A DNA stretch of 36,034 nt from Nanohaloarchaea archaeon B1-Br10_U2g21 (GTDB lineage: Archaea; Nanohalarchaeota; Nanosalinia; Nanosalinales; Nanosalinaceae): the NCBI GenBank assembly GCA_001563915.1, contig LKMP01000009.1:1-36034 (forward strand). The letters run 5' to 3'. Below are positions 1 to 8,968 of this stretch, piece by piece. The stretch's first letter is position 1. Each line of letters starts with the position of its first letter. Both the position numbers and the translations under genes were made by a program. The notes beneath the pieces are model-generated. The model was given only the letters and a program-made list of their open reading frames with translations. It ran no database searches and had not been told where the DNA came from.

Positions 1-324
1 GGTCAAAGAACTGAACAAGGAACTAGAAAAAATGTGGACACAAGAGAAAGAAGTCTGGCAGCTACAGCACAATTGATAGCTGCTAAAAACAGAATACCTT
101 GCGGCATCAAGAAATTAAGACTAGATAACAAAACAAACTATAGGCTAGTGTTTACAGTTTCCGACAATATAGTCATAGAAGATGGAAAAATGAAGCTAAA
201 AGTTCTCAGAAAGAAAGAATTATCTAGAAACTCCCCTAGAGAAGTAGAACCTCAACAGAAAGTATATAATCTCCAAGTAAAAGACGACGAGAGCTATTGC
301 ACAACCACAGTAGCGCTTCACAAT
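1..324 (+). mobile_element. Intein C-terminal part, probably with the end of a LAGLIDADG homing endonuclease
   Basis: Block F-like VYNLQVKDDESY and block G VALHN, then extein Cys (cac aat | tgt at 319-327). The upstream DTRERSLAATAQLIAAKNRIPCGI resembles the LAGLIDADG block-H helix. Confidence 0.9.
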
Positions 325-1209
325 TGTCAAATACATGTCAAAAATGATACAGTCAAATTATACACTAGAAGACTTGAAGACGTTACAAAGCAGTTTCCTG
401 ATGTTAAAAGCGCAATAGAGAAACAGGTTGATGCAGAAAACTGTATTATTGATGCTGAAATTGTTGGCATGAAAGACGGAGATGTAATTCCCTTTCAGAA
501 GCTTTCCAAGAGAATAAAGAGAAAGTATGATATTGAAAGATTAAGAAAAGAGATTCCTGTAGAGGTAAGGCCTTTTGATTTACTATACATGAACAAGTCT
601 TACATGATGGAGCCTTACAAAGAGAGATTAGAGGTCTTAAGAGACGTAATTGAGGAAAATGGTGACATAAAATTTGCTGATCAGATTATAACTTCGGACA
701 TAGAGGACGTGAACGAGCTGCAGCAGAAAGCACTAGCAGCTGATCATGAAGGTGTTATGATGAAGTCATTGGAGGCAGAGTATAATCCTGGCTCTCGAGT
801 GGGTTACATGGTGAAGCTTAAGCCTGTGATGGAAACTCTAGATTTAGCAGTTATAGGGGCCGAATGGAGCGAAGGCCGTAAGAGTGGCTGGCTTGGGCGC
901 CTCAAGCTTGGTTGCTGGAACCAGAACACGGAAGAATATGAGATGGTGGGACGAATGTCTTCAGGCCTTACAGATAAGCAGCTTGAAGAAGTAACTGAGC
1001 GTCTGAAGCCGCTAATCACTGCGGAAGATGGTCGTGATGTTGAACTACTACCTGAGGTTCTTTTAGAGGTTGAGTACGAGGAAGTTCAAAAAAGCCCTAC
1101 GTATAATTCAGGATATGCATTGCGTTTCCCGCGCCTAAAGAAGTTTAGAGACGATAAAGAACGGCCTGATAGTAAAGAAAAAGTTGAGAGACTTTACAAG
1201 TCTCAATAA
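1..1209 (+). CDS. lig: ATP-dependent DNA ligase, 5'-truncated, intein-containing precursor
   Basis: Frame +1 is open from base 1. After 324 come CQIH..YTRRLED and ligase motifs III (IIDAEIV), IIIa (PFDLLY), IV (EGVMMK), V (VKLKP) and VI (YALRFPRL). Confidence 0.95.
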   Translation, partial: GQRTEQGTRKNVDTRERSLAATAQLIAAKNRIPCGIKKLRLDNKTNYRLVFTVSDNIVIEDGKMKLKVLRKKELSRNSPREVEPQQKVYNLQVKDDESYCTTTVALHNCQIHVKNDTVKLYTRRLEDVTKQFPDVKSAIEKQVDAENCIIDAEIVGMKDGDVIPFQKLSKRIKRKYDIERLRKEIPVEVRPFDLLYMNKSYMMEPYKERLEVLRDVIEENGDIKFADQIITSDIEDVNELQQKALAADHEGVMMKSLEAEYNPGSRVGYMVKLKPVMETLDLAVIGAEWSEGRKSGWLGRLKLGCWNQNTEEYEMVGRMSSGLTDKQLEEVTERLKPLITAEDGRDVELLPEVLLEVEYEEVQKSPTYNSGYALRFPRLKKFRDDKERPDSKEKVERLYKSQ

Positions 1210-1213
1210 TGAC

Positions 1214-1600
1214 TTATGCGTGTTTCTGAGCCTTATGAATTTTCATACCTCGTTCAGTGTCGAACTCTTTCCCACAGACAGGGCATTTATTCCTTGTAGA
1301 CGTCTCGGTTTCTTGGTGTTCCTTTTCTTTTTTCTTTGACTTCTCTTTCTTTGTCTCAAGTCTCTGTTGTATATCAAATCCTCTATCTGTATCTTTTTGC
1401 ATACGCAGCTTCCACTCATCACTCTCAAGCCAGATTATGAACGCACCAACGATCACAAGTAGCGGGCCAATCACTGCTTGAGTAAAGTTTAGTATCTCTG
1501 TCGAGTAAGTCAGCGATGCAAAGATTCCTAGTACCACCATAAACGCTCCTATAAACACTTTTAGTCCTGGATGCATGTTATCACAACTAAACGATGACAA
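1214..1600 (-). CDS. Two-TM membrane protein with C-terminal C2H2 zinc finger
   Basis: Two hydrophobic helices, a charged linker and CPVC-x12-H-x4-H (CPVCGKEFDTERGMKIHKAQKH). The true start is probably the later ATG (MHPGLK, about 1576). Confidence 0.75.
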   Translation of the reverse strand: MSSFSCDNMHPGLKVFIGAFMVVLGIFASLTYSTEILNFTQAVIGPLLVIVGAFIIWLESDEWKLRMQKDTDRGFDIQQRLETKKEKSKKKEKEHQETETSTRNKCPVCGKEFDTERGMKIHKAQKHA

Positions 1601-1682
1601 AAAGCTCTTTTATTTGTTCCGCTTTCTCAGACTAGGGTTTATAATATTTGTCGCAGAACACGAAGTTACGAGCTGACACAGG

Positions 1683-2258
1683 ATGACTTATTACAAATAC
1701 GCCAGAAAACAGTACGACCAGCCTAAAGAGAATCTTGATGAAGTATGGCAGGAAAGACTGCAGAAATGGAGAAGAGAAGGAACAATTGAAGAAGTAGAGA
1801 ACCCAACAAGAATCCCTAAAGCACGACAGCTCGGGTACAAAGCTAAAAATGGTTTTAATATAGTAAGAGTACGGATTCGGAAAGGAGGAAGTAAAAGACA
1901 GCGTCCAGCAGGAGGAAGAAGACCAGCAGCAGCAGGACAAAGTCATTACAGCTCCAAGAAATCTAAACAAGTAATCGCAGAACAGAAAGCATCCAAAAAA
2001 TATTCTAATCTAGAAGTTCTCGCAAGCTACTGGGTAGCAGAAGATGGAAACTACAGATGGTTTGAAGCAATCATGGTAGACCCAAAACACCCTGAAATCC
2101 AGAGTGACGATGATCTTAACTGGATTTGCGATCAGAACAACAGAGCAGAAGAAGGCAAAACTCCTGCCTCAAGAGAAAGCAGAGGTCTACGCAACAAAGG
2201 AAAAGGCGCAGAAAAAGTGAGGCCCTCTCAAAATTCTCAGGGCGGTAGAGCAAAGTAA
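1683..2258 (+). CDS. rpl15e: 50S ribosomal protein L15e
   Basis: PTRIPKARQLGYKAKNG, RVRIRKGG and NLEVLASYWVAEDG motifs. Confidence 0.97.
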   Translation: MTYYKYARKQYDQPKENLDEVWQERLQKWRREGTIEEVENPTRIPKARQLGYKAKNGFNIVRVRIRKGGSKRQRPAGGRRPAAAGQSHYSSKKSKQVIAEQKASKKYSNLEVLASYWVAEDGNYRWFEAIMVDPKHPEIQSDDDLNWICDQNNRAEEGKTPASRESRGLRNKGKGAEKVRPSQNSQGGRAK

Positions 2259-2284
2259 AAAACTAAGGCCCTAATAACAAATTC

Positions 2285-2875
2285 ATGGGCTTCCACGACT
2301 TTTTAATCAATTTTCAACCAGAAAACACTCTCGGATGGAGCCAGCAATCTATAGACTCAAAAACAACTCTACTCCAAGAAGAAAACTGGGGAGAGCTTAA
2401 GAAACAGATTCAGCAAAAAAGCAGTGGCGCAGAAGTTTTAGTCTATCTTGGCGGCAAGAACAAACTTAATAGGAAAGCTGTAGAAGATTCTCGTATCGAT
2501 ATACTTCTCCATCCAGAGCATCATAGAAACGACTCGGGACTAAACCATGTTTTGGTCAAAGAAGCAGCCAAAAATAATGTATCAATAGGTATGGACTTCT
2601 CAAAACTCTACAGCGCAGAGAGAAAGGATAAAGTGATGGCAGACTGGCGTAAAAATTTGAAACTATGCGAAAAATATGGTGCGCCTTACATAATTACAAC
2701 AAATGCCTCTGAAAAACGAGAACTACGCGCTCCCCGAGATTTAGCAGCTCTAGTAACAGTATTAGACGGAAATGGAATTAAAGCAGTAAAGCACAGACCT
2801 AAAAAAATACTTGAAAGAGTTGAAAAGCACAAGAGCGGAAGATTTGTAGGGTCTGGCATAGAAGAGGTAGAATAA
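2285..2875 (+). CDS. rnp3: RNase P protein subunit Rpp30
   Basis: NRKAVED.RIDIL, GLNHVLVKEAAKNNV and LRAPRDL motifs; conserved position after rpl15e. Confidence 0.92.
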   Translation: MGFHDFLINFQPENTLGWSQQSIDSKTTLLQEENWGELKKQIQQKSSGAEVLVYLGGKNKLNRKAVEDSRIDILLHPEHHRNDSGLNHVLVKEAAKNNVSIGMDFSKLYSAERKDKVMADWRKNLKLCEKYGAPYIITTNASEKRELRAPRDLAALVTVLDGNGIKAVKHRPKKILERVEKHKSGRFVGSGIEEVE

Positions 2876-3195
2876 TGAAAACTTTACCTAAGTCTCTTAG
2901 AGAAAAGAAACGATATCTCAAGATAAAAATCGAATCAAATAATCGAAAAGAGTTTTCAGAAGTAGTGGACCTCATAAGAAGTGCCATAAAAGAGTTCTCG
3001 GGAGAAAAAGGACTATCAAATGTAGAACCTTGGATTCTTAAAGAAAATTTTGATTACAGAGAACAATGTTTCATAGTAAAAGTGAATCGAGACTTTGAGA
3101 ATGAATTCCGTGCAGCAATTATCCTCTATGATATAAATGGCCTAATTTATACGGAAAAAGTTTCAGGCACTCTAAAAGGCCTTCAATCATCTTGA
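2875..3195 (+). CDS. rnp2: RNase P protein subunit Pop5
   Basis: N-terminal LPKSLREKKRY and C-terminal VSGTLKGL; TAATG overlap with rpp30. Confidence 0.92.
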   Translation: MKTLPKSLREKKRYLKIKIESNNRKEFSEVVDLIRSAIKEFSGEKGLSNVEPWILKENFDYREQCFIVKVNRDFENEFRAAIILYDINGLIYTEKVSGTLKGLQSS

Positions 3196-3503
3196 GTTAT
3201 ATTTGTCAATGTATCCATACCTGTTTCAAAGTCATCCCATAGTGTAACAAGTCCATGTATGGCTTGTTCTATAACCCCCATCTCAGAAATGGGCTTATCG
3301 CTTTCACGAATCTCGTCAGTATCTATAAAACCTGTTTCACTATCATTAATCGACTCATTCCCATTAGACACTATATCCCCCGCATCTTCAGGCGAAGTAT
3401 CTTGTGGAGCAGGTTCAGAAATATGGACCATAAATACAGTCAACACAGACAGAAAAAACATTAGCCCCATTAGGAGCACTGCCGCCTGTGTCGAACTATT
3501 CAT
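3183..3503 (-). CDS. Hypothetical membrane-anchored or secreted acidic protein
   Basis: N-terminal hydrophobic helix followed by an acidic tail; fills the gap divergent from tbp. Confidence 0.65.
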   Translation of the reverse strand: MNSSTQAAVLLMGLMFFLSVLTVFMVHISEPAPQDTSPEDAGDIVSNGNESINDSETGFIDTDEIRESDKPISEMGVIEQAIHGLVTLWDDFETGMDTLTNITQDD

Positions 3504-3553
3504 TAACTTCTCTTTAGTTATACTGCAATTTATAACACAATGGTCATCAGGCC

Positions 3554-3622
3554 TTTTAAAAGAGTTAGTTTATAAATCCAATTTAAACCGTATATAAATT
3601 GTTTATAAACGGTTGTAAGGTG
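3554..3622 (+). promoter_or_regulatory. tbp promoter region with clustered TATA-like boxes and an inverted repeat
   Basis: TTTTAAAA (3554), TTTATAAA (3569), TATATAAA (3591) and TTTATAAA (3602, 31 nt before the ATG); inverted repeat 3586-3598/3602-3614. Confidence 0.55.
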
Positions 3623-3632
3623 AAACAATGCT

Positions 3633-4181
3633 ATGGTAGAGAATAAAGATATCGAAATACAAAACGTCGTCGCATCAGCCACATTCGATCAAAGACTTCC
3701 TCTTGACAGGATCGCTATATACCTTGAAAACACAGAGTACGAGCCAGAACAGTTCCCAGGCCTAGTATACAGACTCCAGGAACCAAAGGCCGCAGCACTA
3801 CTGTTCGGTTCAGGAAAAGTAGTTTGTACTGGTACAAAAAGCCCAGAACAAGCTAAAGAAGCAACGCACAAGATTATAGATGAGCTTAGAGAAGCGGATG
3901 TCGAAATCGGGACTAAACCTGACGTAACAGTACAGAATATTGTTGCTTCAAGCCAGCTAGATGGGAACCTAAATCTAAACAGAATCGCATTCGAACTAGT
4001 TGGAACAGAATACGAGCCAGAACAATTCCCAGGCCTAGTATACAGACTCGACGATCCATCAGTAGTATTCCTACTCTTCAGCTCAGGTAACCTAGTATGT
4101 ACAGGCGGTAGAACCTATGAAGATGTGGAAAATGGAATTGAGCGACTAGAAGAGAACTTGAAAGAAATCGGTGCGCTTTAA
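3633..4181 (+). CDS. tbp: TATA-box binding protein
   Basis: Two repeats of (I/V)QN(V/I)VAS...EYEPEQFPGLVYRL...LLF.SG..VCTG. Confidence 0.99.
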   Translation: MVENKDIEIQNVVASATFDQRLPLDRIAIYLENTEYEPEQFPGLVYRLQEPKAAALLFGSGKVVCTGTKSPEQAKEATHKIIDELREADVEIGTKPDVTVQNIVASSQLDGNLNLNRIAFELVGTEYEPEQFPGLVYRLDDPSVVFLLFSSGNLVCTGGRTYEDVENGIERLEENLKEIGAL

Positions 4182-4187
4182 GCACCA

Positions 4188-4658
4188 TCATTTCCTCTTA
4201 TTTTCCAAAACACAGTCTAAAGCTTTTAATGCAGTTCTTCTAGCATTTTCAGGCATATTCAAATCTTTATTTTCTAACTCTTCGCGAGAAAACCACCTAA
4301 TATTTTCTTCAGCATACTCTTGATCTTCAATTTCATCCACGAGCCGTCCCAAATACTGAAAATCGCAATGCCAATGATGCTCATCAACCTGATGTAAATT
4401 AACATTCAAGGGTTGAGGCAGATCAAAACTGTCATCTAGCTCCGTATTAGCCCCTATAATTTCTATTTCTATACCCGTCTCCTCTAAAGTCTCCCTAATA
4501 GCACACTCATCCGGCGTCTCACGGCTTTCAATATGACCTCCAGGTTGGAGCCAAACACCATATTTTTTGTGGTTCAAGAAAAGCACCCTTTGTTTTTCCA
4601 CAACAAAAGCTCCAGCAACAAAATCTCTGTTTGCATCTTCTGGCACTCTCAAATCCAT
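4188..4658 (-). CDS. NUDIX hydrolase
   Basis: WLQPGGHIESRETPDECAIRETLEETGI Nudix box; H.H.D motif. Confidence 0.92.
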   Translation of the reverse strand: MDLRVPEDANRDFVAGAFVVEKQRVLFLNHKKYGVWLQPGGHIESRETPDECAIRETLEETGIEIEIIGANTELDDSFDLPQPLNVNLHQVDEHHWHCDFQYLGRLVDEIEDQEYAEENIRWFSREELENKDLNMPENARRTALKALDCVLENKRK

Positions 4659-4713
4659 CCTATCCCTCCTACGTAATGAAAAATGCTCTTAGATTTTTAT
4701 CTATAAGCTATCA

Positions 4714-5010
4714 TCATCTCCAGTCAATCTTACCTACAATTTCTTCTATCTCCTCTGCAAGTTCGAAATCACGTTCGGTCAAACTTTCAGCATCGTGACT
4801 CCATAAATCTATCTCCACTCCCCCATATTCCACGACAATCTTAGGATGGTGGAAATGCTTTTCTGCAAGAGCAAATATTGAATTAGCGAAAAAGCATGCT
4901 TCCCGATAACCATCAAATTCAACCCTTGTAACTAATTTGTCCTCTTTAAGGCTCCAAATACTGGTTTCGTTTAATTTTTCTTCTATTTGCTCTTTAGATA
5001 GTTCTGTCAT
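4714..5010 (-). CDS. Pterin-4-alpha-carbinolamine dehydratase family protein
   Basis: AEKHFHHP, W.HD..LTERDFELA. Start reassigned to the ATG at 5010 (MTELSKEQ). Confidence 0.9.
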   Translation of the reverse strand: MTELSKEQIEEKLNETSIWSLKEDKLVTRVEFDGYREACFFANSIFALAEKHFHHPKIVVEYGGVEIDLWSHDAESLTERDFELAEEIEEIVGKIDWR

Positions 5011-5062
5011 GTACTGTTTGTAGTAGTTGATCTTTTTCACTTTTACCTGCAAAATTACGAAT

Positions 5063-7045
5063 ATGGATTATGGAGAAGCGGTCTCAGACTTTGAAGAATT
5101 CTTCGCAGAAGTTTATGAAGATCAAGTCTTAGAAGCCGAGAGGAAAGGAAAAGACTCCATAGTTGTAGAATTCGAAGATTTAGATGTTTTCAGACCTGAA
5201 CTCGCTGATTATATAAGAGAAAATCCTGAAAACGCTGTCGATGCAGCCAAAGAAGGAGTGGAAGCAGTAGATCTTGCAGACCGAGACATAAACGTTAGGT
5301 TCTGCAACATGGCTGAAGAAGACTACGTACTGCTAAAAGACCTGCGTTCCGAGCATTTAGGCAAGTTTGTACCAGTGGAAGGAATGATTAAACGAGCTTC
5401 TCAGGTTAAACCCGAAGTTGTTGCTGCCGTTTTTGAATGCACTCAGTGCGGCGACAGGTATGAAAAAGAGCAGGATTCTTCCCAGCTTAAATCCCCTTAT
5501 AAATGCGAGTGCGGTTCAAAGAGATTCGAAGTGGATGAAAAAATTATGACTGATACACAAATCGTGACCTTAGAGGAGAATCCAGAGAGCCGTGAAGGCT
5601 CCGAACAGCCATCGAGTCTTTCAGTAAGGCTTGAAGGAGATCTTGTAGACCCAGAGTTCCAGAAAAAAGTAGTACCGGGAAACGTAGTAGAAGTTACAGG
5701 TGTACTGAGAGAAAGACCTCTGAAGAAAAACTCGAAAAAGTTCGATATCTACATGGAGGCTAACAACGTGGAACCACGACAACAAGAGTTTGAACAACTT
5801 GAACTAACTGATGAAGAAAAAGAAGAAATCCGCGAAATGGCCTCAGACGAAAATATATTTGACAGAATCGTTAACTCAATCGCGCCCAGCATATACGGCC
5901 ACGAACGAGTAAAAGAAGCAATAGCACTCCAAATGTTTGCAGGAGTCAGAAAGACACGAGATGATGGCATAAAGAGCAGAGGCGACATACATATACTATT
6001 AATTGGTGAACCCGGAACAGGTAAATCTCAGCTATTAAAATTTACAGGAGAATTAGCTCCTAAAGGCCGATATGTTGTAGGAAAATCCAGCACAGGTGCA
6101 GGCCTCACTGCCTCAGTAGTAAAAGAAGAATCTACAGGAGAATTCAGCCTGGAAGCAGGAGCAGTTGTGTTAGCGCATAAGGGTCTGGCAGCAATCGACG
6201 AAATAGATAAGATGAGTGTCGAGGATCGTTCCAGTTTGCACGAAGCAATGGAGCAACAACAAATTTCGGTTTCGAAGGCTAATATACAAGCGACTTTGAA
6301 TGCTCAGACTTCTATACTTGCTGCAGGAAACCCGAAATTAGGAAGATTTGATCCTTATGAGCCAATTCCTGAACAGATTAATATTGGGGACACGTTGCTT
6401 TCGCGTTTTGACTTTATATTTCCTGTTACTGATGAACCTGATAAAGAAAGAGATTCTGAGCTAGCATCTAAAATACTATCTAACCACAGGGAGCCTCAGG
6501 ATCAGGACGTAGATATAGACCAAGAAAAACTGAGAAAATACGTTGCTTATTCAAAGAGAAATGTTAGACCTGATCTTACAGAAGAAGCCACAGATAGAAT
6601 ACAGGACTTCTATGTTTCGATGCGATCTTCAGGAGATGAAGATAGTGTTCCTATAACTGCACGTCAATTAGAGGCGATGATACGTATTGCTGAGGCTTCT
6701 GCTCGCGCACAGTTGAAAGAAGAAGTAGATGAGAGTGATGCTCAGAGGGCGATTGATATACTGACATATACTCTGGAACAAATAGGCATGGATCCTGAAA
6801 CAGGAGATTTTGATATTGACCGTATCGAATCAGGAGTATCTTCAAGTCAAAGAAACAGAATCCAAACATTAAAGCACTTAGTTGATGAGCTAGCAAAAGA
6901 TGATGGTTCTGCAGAAATCGAATCTGTTCTTGAAAGAGCTTCTGAAGAAGGAATTGATCAGGAAAAAGCCGAAGATATAATAGAGAGGCTTAAGAGAGAG
7001 GGAGAGCTTTTTGAGCCGAAACAAGGTTTCGTTCAGAAGATTTGA
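5063..7045 (+). CDS. mcm: MCM replicative helicase
   Basis: Zn finger CTQC..CEC, Walker A GEPGTGKS, Walker B IDEIDKM, arginine finger LLSRFD, sensor-2 ITARQLE and a C-terminal WH; no intein. Start set at the ATG at 5063. Confidence 0.98.
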   Translation: MDYGEAVSDFEEFFAEVYEDQVLEAERKGKDSIVVEFEDLDVFRPELADYIRENPENAVDAAKEGVEAVDLADRDINVRFCNMAEEDYVLLKDLRSEHLGKFVPVEGMIKRASQVKPEVVAAVFECTQCGDRYEKEQDSSQLKSPYKCECGSKRFEVDEKIMTDTQIVTLEENPESREGSEQPSSLSVRLEGDLVDPEFQKKVVPGNVVEVTGVLRERPLKKNSKKFDIYMEANNVEPRQQEFEQLELTDEEKEEIREMASDENIFDRIVNSIAPSIYGHERVKEAIALQMFAGVRKTRDDGIKSRGDIHILLIGEPGTGKSQLLKFTGELAPKGRYVVGKSSTGAGLTASVVKEESTGEFSLEAGAVVLAHKGLAAIDEIDKMSVEDRSSLHEAMEQQQISVSKANIQATLNAQTSILAAGNPKLGRFDPYEPIPEQINIGDTLLSRFDFIFPVTDEPDKERDSELASKILSNHREPQDQDVDIDQEKLRKYVAYSKRNVRPDLTEEATDRIQDFYVSMRSSGDEDSVPITARQLEAMIRIAEASARAQLKEEVDESDAQRAIDILTYTLEQIGMDPETGDFDIDRIESGVSSSQRNRIQTLKHLVDELAKDDGSAEIESVLERASEEGIDQEKAEDIIERLKREGELFEPKQGFVQKI

Positions 7046-7086
7046 AGAGGGTTATATTCATAAGATTCAACTCGGGGATTTGATAC

Positions 7087-7833
7087 ATGGCCGACCAGCA
7101 AAGAAGACAGACCGCTAAACTTGCAGATTTTGAACAATTGAACTCAGGCAACTATTTCCAGAGAGAAGGCTTTGAACCAAACTTTTTGCTTACCCCGGAT
7201 GGTAGAAGACTTTCAAGGGCTCGAGTTGTAGCCACAGTAGTTGACAGCTTCATAAATGATGATGAAACTTATGGATCGATCACACTTGATGACGGTCAAG
7301 ATACCTTACAAATCAAGTTTTTCAGTGAAATAGATCAGATGAGAGAGTTTGAAGTAGGCCAAATATTAGAAGTAATAGGAAAAGTCCGTGAATATCAGGG
7401 TCAGATCTATCTAGATGGCGAAACGCTAGTGGCTGTAGAACCTGAAAAAGAAATGTTGCATCAGCTTAGGCTAGTAAAAACCATGGAAGAATGGACTCAG
7501 ATACGCGAAACTGTTAAGCAGTTGAAAGAGTCCGGAAAAGATCATGAAGACATAGAAAAAGAGATGGCAGGCACTCTGAATAAAGATGAGGTAGATTCAT
7601 TACTACAGAGCTTCAATGAGGCCTTCAGCTCAGATTCACAAGGAGAAATGGCCAATATAGAGAGAGATGTTCTCGATGCAATAAAAGAGCTGGATGATGG
7701 CGAAGGAGCTGATTACTCTGACATATTGGACGAAGTTGATGAACCAGAAGAAAAGCTGGAAAGCACAGTTAATTCGCTACTTTCAGAAGGTACTTGTTAT
7801 GAACCAAAGCCAGGAAAGATCAAGAAGCTCTGA
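7087..7833 (+). CDS. RPA2/RPA32-like OB-fold protein with C-terminal winged helix
   Basis: RQTA..., SRARVVATVV, ITLDDG..T, VIGKVREY OB strands; WH tail LLSEGTCYEPKPG. Confidence 0.8.
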   Translation: MADQQRRQTAKLADFEQLNSGNYFQREGFEPNFLLTPDGRRLSRARVVATVVDSFINDDETYGSITLDDGQDTLQIKFFSEIDQMREFEVGQILEVIGKVREYQGQIYLDGETLVAVEPEKEMLHQLRLVKTMEEWTQIRETVKQLKESGKDHEDIEKEMAGTLNKDEVDSLLQSFNEAFSSDSQGEMANIERDVLDAIKELDDGEGADYSDILDEVDEPEEKLESTVNSLLSEGTCYEPKPGKIKKL

Positions 7834-7885
7834 TTCGTGACTTGGTAGTGATAAGTATTTAAGCTCTAAGATTTTGAATTTCAAT

Positions 7886-8470
7886 ATGGCCTCAGAATTC
7901 CCATTCCAAAAACCTGGAAGCGAGATTATTAGAGCCAAAGCTGAGACAAACGAACAACTACAAGACCTAAGTAACTATTTTGTAGACGCGACAGTCCTAC
8001 TTCAAGAACGAGATTGGCTCAACGAAGATGCAGATTTGTGGCCTGAAAGAAATAAAGAAGATCTCAATGTAGATATTGAGGCATACTCAGTAAATCTTCC
8101 AGAAGGTTATGTGAAGGAATTTTCGGATGGAGAAGACAAATTTTTCGCTTACGGAGCAGTTAGTCGTCCTTCAGATTTATTGGAAAAAGGCAAAGCACCT
8201 ATATTCATATCAGACACAGTTCTATCTGAACTCGATATTGCTGAAATATCCGGCTATATCATGCATGAAGTTGTAGAAGTACAGAATGCTGACAATGTTG
8301 ATCTGACTAACGTAGGCGTACAATTAAGAACTGCTAGAAATTTAGAAAAAATTCATGAGTATCGAAACGAACTAGAACATGAACTCGGGCCCCTACCATT
8401 AGATGTCAACGAGTCAGAAAGAGCGGCCACATACTCAAGACAAATGGGAGAATATTTTAATTGGTTTTAA
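7886..8470 (+). CDS. Hypothetical acidic protein with HExxE motif
   Basis: Long ORF filling the gap, with a TATA-like TTTAAG about 28 nt before the ATG at 7886; contains GYIMHEVVE. Confidence 0.65.
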   Translation: MASEFPFQKPGSEIIRAKAETNEQLQDLSNYFVDATVLLQERDWLNEDADLWPERNKEDLNVDIEAYSVNLPEGYVKEFSDGEDKFFAYGAVSRPSDLLEKGKAPIFISDTVLSELDIAEISGYIMHEVVEVQNADNVDLTNVGVQLRTARNLEKIHEYRNELEHELGPLPLDVNESERAATYSRQMGEYFNWF

Positions 8471-8521
8471 ACTGGGCGAAATTAGGCAAGATTAAGAAAC
8501 TTTAGGACCCAATCTTTTACT

Positions 8522-8917
8522 ATGGATTACGACGAAATGCTGGAAAAAGGTCGAGAACAGGTACCTGACGAACTTTCTTCAGGTGAAAGATTTGAAATGC
8601 CTGAAGTCAAGACTCGTAGAGAAGGATCAAAAACCGTTCTAGAAAACTTTTCTGAGTTCGCAGACAAATTCAATCGAGACCAAAAACACCTCTCAAAATA
8701 TATTCAAAACGAGCTCGGTACAGCAGGTCACATTGATTCAGATAAACTAGTCCTTAATGGAGAATTTCGTAGAGGTCAAGTTACTTCTCGTATAGAAGCA
8801 TACACTGACGAATATGTTTACTGCCCGGAATGCAACAGACCTGATACGAAACTTCTAAAGGAAAAAGGTGTTGAAATGTTGAAATGCCAAGCCTGTGGAG
8901 CCCGCAATCCTGTATAA
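8522..8917 (+). CDS. eif2b: Translation initiation factor aIF2 beta subunit
   Basis: ERFEMP, NELGTAG and the CPECNRPDT...CQACGA zinc ribbon. Confidence 0.97.
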   Translation: MDYDEMLEKGREQVPDELSSGERFEMPEVKTRREGSKTVLENFSEFADKFNRDQKHLSKYIQNELGTAGHIDSDKLVLNGEFRRGQVTSRIEAYTDEYVYCPECNRPDTKLLKEKGVEMLKCQACGARNPV

Positions 8918-8968
8918 TTCGTGCTTTATAAGACTCGGGGATAACGGGATTTTAAGGTGTATTAAACT

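Noticed and set aside
34-1209. ORF-track start at 34 as the ligase N-terminus
   Set aside because: The frame is open from base 1 and the segment lies inside the intein; the gene starts upstream of the window.
5063-7045. Intein in MCM
   Set aside because: Walker A/B and the neighbouring motifs are contiguous and the length is normal.
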